Origin: Halobacterium bonnevillei
GTDB lineage: Archaea > Halobacteriota > Halobacteria > Halobacteriales > Halobacteriaceae
DNA: 40,000 nucleotides
Reading direction: 5' to 3'
Assembly: GCF_009831555.1 (NCBI RefSeq)
Contig: NZ_WUUU01000002.1
Span: 14,430 to 54,429 of the forward strand
Part shown: positions 36,719 to 40,000 of the stretch, one piece after another
How positions within the stretch are numbered: the first letter of the stretch is position 1
Layout: each line of letters begins with the position of its first letter
Notes under the pieces: model-generated
The model's database searches: none
The model's input: only the letters and a program-made list of their open reading frames with translations
Told to the model about the DNA's origin: nothing
Program-made: the position numbers and the translations under genes

Positions 36719-37834
36719 TCAGACATAAAATGAACCGTTCCCCGTTACGTCCGCCAATACCGCCTGGCGTTGCCGCATCTTGTCCTCCTCGGAGCGAACG
36801 TCGTAATGCTGGTCGATAATAGTGGGCGTGACGTTGCACCGGTCGCTGACGACTTTGACTGGCACGCCAGCGCGGAGTAATTGGGTGATGTAGCCCCGAC
36901 GAATCGGGTGGGGCGTCACACTCGACGGACACCTAGCCATCCGGTCATCGTTCGTGACCGCCTCGCAGCCCTCCGGGTCGCGGTCGTGTGGACACCCGGC
37001 ACCGATAGCACAGGGCCGGGACCACCGGTAGACGTAGGACCGAATCGTCGACGTTCCGGGGCGGCCTTGCGTAGTCGCGAGGAGTGGCTGCCGGCCGTGC
37101 TCATCGGTGATATTCGGTCGGCGCTCCTGGAGGTAGTCGTCGATGACCTCACAGGCCTCCGAGCTGACAGCCACGCGTCGCTCACCGGGCGTCTTGTTCT
37201 TGATCGGGGTCTCGGTCTCCGGCCGGTGGCAAATCTCCACGTGTGGCGTCTTCGCGTCAGGTCGGTAGTCACGGACGTCGAGAGCACGGGCGGCTCCGAG
37301 GCGCATCCCGGTCTCGGTCAACACCACCCAGGCGACGTGTTCGGTCGTGGCGTACTCGTAGCGCTCGAGGTAGTCCAGTATCTCCCGGGCACGCTCGGCG
37401 TGGAGCACCGTATCCCGTGCGTTCTCGCCGTCGTCCAGACTCGGGGAGTCGACGTTCTTGAACAGGCCCGACTCGACGGCGTCGATGGTCTCGCACCACT
37501 GGATGAATACCCGCAGGGAGTCCATCTGAGTCTTCTCGCTGACCGTGTTCAGGTCCTGGCGGCGCCACACGCGGAACTCGTGGAGGTCGCGCGCACTGAG
37601 GTCGTTCAGGTTGTCGATGTCCTGGTCCTCGCACCAGTCGACGAAGAAGCCGAGCCGGGACCGATGTGCGTCGACAGTCGCCTGCTGGCAGTCCCGGGAC
37701 TTGTCGTCAAGGTAGAGTTCCAGAGCTCGCTCGGGAGTGGTCGGTTCGAGCGATTCGGTGGTCTGGTCCAGGAGGTCAGCGAGTCGGTCCTCCAGGTCGT
37801 CGCCGTTGTCGATAGCGGGAACGTGGTTGGACAC
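36719..37834 (-). CDS. Tyrosine recombinase / phage-type integrase (int2), paralogue of int1
   Basis: The 371-aa product aligns with int1 along its whole length (ALELYLDDK...RSRLGFFVDWC...RLGAAR...HPIRRG...IDQHY). It has the same four-Cys insertion. Confidence 0.9.
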   Translation of the reverse strand: MSNHVPAIDNGDDLEDRLADLLDQTTESLEPTTPERALELYLDDKSRDCQQATVDAHRSRLGFFVDWCEDQDIDNLNDLSARDLHEFRVWRRQDLNTVSEKTQMDSLRVFIQWCETIDAVESGLFKNVDSPSLDDGENARDTVLHAERAREILDYLERYEYATTEHVAWVVLTETGMRLGAARALDVRDYRPDAKTPHVEICHRPETETPIKNKTPGERRVAVSSEACEVIDDYLQERRPNITDEHGRQPLLATTQGRPGTSTIRSYVYRWSRPCAIGAGCPHDRDPEGCEAVTNDDRMARCPSSVTPHPIRRGYITQLLRAGVPVKVVSDRCNVTPTIIDQHYDVRSEEDKMRQRQAVLADVTGNGSFYV

Positions 37835-37836
37835 GA

Positions 37837-38094
37837 CTACTCCAGGCCCTCCAACATTTGCTCGATGAAGTTCTGCTCAGGCTCGTTCTGCTGTGGTCGA
37901 TTCGTCTCTGTGGAGTCACTGGACGCATCCGATGCCAGCGCTCGCAGACCGCTCGGATTCTCCTCGATGTGGTCCTCGATGACCGATTCGAGGTACGCCG
38001 ACATCGAGGTGTCAGACTCCTCAACAGCGAGTTCTAGCTTGGTCTTCGAGTCGACGTCGATGCGGGAAGCGACCGATTCTGTGTTGGAGCTCAC
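37837..38094 (-). CDS. Ribbon-helix-helix (CopG/Arc-like) DNA-binding protein coupled to int2
   Basis: SRIDVDSKTKLELAVEESDTSMSAYLESVIEDHI fits a strand-helix-helix RHH pattern. The stop codon lies 2 nt from the int2 ATG. The start is uncertain: GTG 38094 is used here, and the track uses TTG 38166. Confidence 0.55.
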   Translation of the reverse strand: MSSNTESVASRIDVDSKTKLELAVEESDTSMSAYLESVIEDHIEENPSGLRALASDASSDSTETNRPQQNEPEQNFIEQMLEGLE

Positions 38095-38138
38095 GTCAAC
38101 CAGCCCCAGACCGGGCCCACATATATAGATTGGAGAAA

Positions 38139-38347
38139 AATTGGATTGGGGCCAGAAATCCCCCAATTTCGTCGAGAAAATCAGTAGATTCTGGCTCAGA
38201 AGACCGCATATACAAACTATTTCCCCAATTCAGAGTTTGTTTTGGAATATCGACTCCAATTCCAGTACTCGCTCGTGAGAAACTCCGCCAATTCACGTCG
38301 ACGAACGTCCGATTTACCCGAATCGCAACACAGCAGTACGAAATTGG
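38139..38347. promoter_or_regulatory. Array of six CCAATT/AATTGG hexamers in the divergent intergenic region (candidate operator, arm-type or iteron sites)
   Basis: The hexamers are AATTGG at 38139 and 38342, and CCAATT at 38163, 38225, 38256 and 38288. Three consecutive direct copies are spaced 31-32 nt apart, and most are preceded by a C-rich flank (tccccaatt, atcccccaatt, gactccaatt, ccgccaatt). Confidence 0.4.
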
Positions 38348-38485
38348 CGACCCACAGGTTGATTATGGCGTTGTCACAATCGGGAATATGGCATCGGCGG
38401 CCGGCGAGCTCGCGGAACCGCAGGTCCTCGCGCACACCAAGCGCCGCCTGATCCGGAGGAGGAAGCGGCGAATACGTACGCCGTC

Positions 38486-39634
38486 GTGGACACCCAGTTC
38501 TCGACTACCGAGTGGTTGTCGGGCCAACGCATCGACCCGGCCATCCAGGACCGGCTCGCGCCGTTCAATCACGTCCGAGTCGGCGGTGGCTACCCCGACC
38601 TCGTCGGGGTCCGGAACCTCGAGTCGGAGCTACTGGCGGTCGAACGCTTCGGCGAGGACCCACCGCTGATTGCAGTCGAAGCGAAGGGGCAAACCGGGGA
38701 CGGCACCGTCGACACGCAGCGCGGTATCCTTCAGGCGTACGACCGACTCCACGAGGCCAACGCCGCCTACCTAGCAGCCCCAGCAGCGGTCGTTACACAG
38801 ACGGATCGAACACTCGCCCGGGAACTGAACGTCGGAATCCTCGGGGTCGACCGGGGCGGTGACGTCACGCCACTGGAGGTGCCGCGGGTCGTCGGTAACC
38901 GGACCACAGGCGAGGTAACGGCGATCCGCTTCCAGGCGAGCGCGCAGGGCGTTGCCGACAAATCCTTTGGGCTGAACCACCCGAAGAACTACCTCGGCTA
39001 CCCTCTCGCACACTACGCAAACGGCGATACCGCCCAACTCCTCCGGGACTACAAGGTCGTTGGCGCCGTCGAGGACGCACGTCGCGGGGCGGCGTTCCTC
39101 GGACTCGTCGAAGAGAAGCCGAACCGCGTGGTACTGACCTCGCTCGGGCGAGAGGTGATTCGGTACGTTACGAGCCGTTACGGCACAGTCGAGGCCGGGC
39201 TCGCCGAATTCGAGAACTGGTACCGGAAGTCCCAGCGGTTCTACGACCTCGCCCCCGAATGGGGCCAACTCGCCCGGCGCGTCGTCTTCGCCTACCCGGC
39301 CACCCAGTTGCTCGTCGAGGAGTTACAGCAGATGCACGACGACCGCATCCGGGAGCCAACGTTGGTAGAATTGGTCGCGTGGCTGCACGTCCAGCATCCG
39401 TCGTTCACCGTGGAACTGTTCATCCAGGGCGACCAGGACGTTCGCAGCCGGGTGCTGACGCCGGACGGTGAACTCCGCGAACAGGCATTACACGACGGTA
39501 ACGCCTATCACTCGCCGACTGTCTTCCAGTTGAAAGCGATGCTGTACCACGTTGGCATTCTGACCGAGCGTGGGGCGGAACCGTCCAATCTGGACCCGGG
39601 AGCCGACATCTGGGCACTCCGAGATCCCGTTTGA
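38486..39634 (+). CDS. Hypothetical protein with an N-terminal PD-(D/E)xK nuclease-like motif and a putative wHTH
   Basis: The ORF starts at a GTG. GGGYPDLVGV...PPLIAVEAKGQ fits the D...ExK motif of the restriction-endonuclease fold. The later segment AAFLGLVEEKPNRVVLTSLGREVI is wHTH-like. I recognise no family. Confidence 0.55.
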   Translation: MDTQFSTTEWLSGQRIDPAIQDRLAPFNHVRVGGGYPDLVGVRNLESELLAVERFGEDPPLIAVEAKGQTGDGTVDTQRGILQAYDRLHEANAAYLAAPAAVVTQTDRTLARELNVGILGVDRGGDVTPLEVPRVVGNRTTGEVTAIRFQASAQGVADKSFGLNHPKNYLGYPLAHYANGDTAQLLRDYKVVGAVEDARRGAAFLGLVEEKPNRVVLTSLGREVIRYVTSRYGTVEAGLAEFENWYRKSQRFYDLAPEWGQLARRVVFAYPATQLLVEELQQMHDDRIREPTLVELVAWLHVQHPSFTVELFIQGDQDVRSRVLTPDGELREQALHDGNAYHSPTVFQLKAMLYHVGILTERGAEPSNLDPGADIWALRDPV

Positions 39635-39754
39635 TGGGGGTGAGGACGTTCCGATGATTTCCGAGAGGATTGTTTTGGAACGGCATACTGCGCGTTCAAC
39701 TAGTGTCAAGGGTGGAAACAAAGAAATATTACGCAGGGAGATAAGTCGAATATA

Positions 39755-40000
39755 GTGTATCTCTATACGCCGGACGAGATCGACCGTGCCCGTGCCCACC
39801 ACCAAGCGGTCATCCAGGGCGCCGACGACGTCGACGTCAAACGCATCGGGAACCTCGGTGAACTCGCCTTCGAACAGTTCTGCCGCGAATACCTCCCCGT
39901 CGAGATGTGGAACTGGAAGAACGAGGAAGCCATTCGTCGGTGTAACCCCGAGAGCTTCGCCGCCTACGACTTCGAGGTCTTCGACTACACCGTCGACGTC
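39755..40000 (+). CDS. Hypothetical protein, partial (continues past the right edge); possible second PD-(D/E)xK-like protein
   Basis: My hand translation from the GTG at 39755 is open to the window end. It reads (M)YLYTPDEIDRARAHHQAVIQGADDVDVKRIGNLGELAFEQFCREYLPVEMWNWKNEEAIRRCNPESFAAYDFEVFDYTVDV. GC3 is high. GELAF...YDFEV...VDV resembles an E...D...(D/E)xK layout. Confidence 0.45.
   Translation, partial: MYLYTPDEIDRARAHHQAVIQGADDVDVKRIGNLGELAFEQFCREYLPVEMWNWKNEEAIRRCNPESFAAYDFEVFDYTVDV

Larger units (their letters stand above)
32374..38480. mobile_element. Integrase-bearing integrated element or elements: repeat B, int1, low-GC HEPN cargo gene, int2, RHH gene, CCAATT array. Exact ends are undefined and may extend beyond the window.
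   Basis: The region has two tyrosine integrases, an abrupt change in composition at about 33,560 and about 36,640, and an att-like repeat at the left side. No right-hand repeat copy was identified inside the window. Confidence 0.5.

Noticed and set aside
36636-36932. N-terminal 99-codon extension of the 1038-aa track ORF
   Set aside because: The extension overlaps the 3' end of int2 in another frame and is Arg/Pro/Gly-rich and GC-rich, unlike the rest of the protein. The composition change and the ATG at 36635 (MEYSRKF...) make the shorter 939-aa product more plausible.
38296-38330. Possible fourth, degenerate copy of the island repeat (cgacgaacgtccgatttacccgaatcgc against ccgaacgaatcgtccgttac)
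   Set aside because: The similarity covers fewer than 25 nt and needs gaps, so it is indistinguishable from chance by eye. It would need a formal alignment against copies A-C.

Overview
The window looks like a chromosomal segment from a haloarchaeon (class Halobacteria). This is inferred from the high GC (about 65 % on hand-counted lines), strongly acidic proteins, and Trk, USP and Lrp-type gene content. Positions 1-27,000 are mostly housekeeping or niche genes. They comprise a partial M24 Xaa-Pro peptidase, RNase J, a permease with two YHS domains plus a His-rich SHOCT membrane protein, and a DUF429 protein. They also include two tandem paralogous K+-uptake modules (usp-trkA-trkH), each with its own Lrp/AsnC-TrkA_C fusion regulator, and an APC permease fused to USP domains. 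The remainder is a frameshifted hotdog thioesterase, an HTH-PAS histidine kinase, a YihY membrane protein and an SBP56-ferredoxin pair. From about 27,600 to the window end the sequence looks like a mosaic accessory island. Three same-orientation copies of a 130-175 nt repeat separate small gene cassettes: creatininase-family protein plus Doc toxin, then ParB/Srx-like protein plus lipoprotein plus membrane protein. Next come two paralogous tyrosine integrases that converge on a compositionally foreign gene (about 50 % GC). That gene encodes a 939-aa protein with TPR-like repeats and a C-terminal HEPN-type RNKLDH motif. It is the best candidate here for an undescribed defence or abortive-infection function. 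The island continues with an RHH protein coupled to the second integrase, a CCAATT repeat array, and two proteins with PD-(D/E)xK-like motifs. A further oddity is a 15-nt tandem repeat just past the stop codon of the YHS permease. It encodes a Cys/Asp/His pentapeptide repeat in a frame that has no start codon. All functional calls come from motif recognition by eye, and no database search was run.
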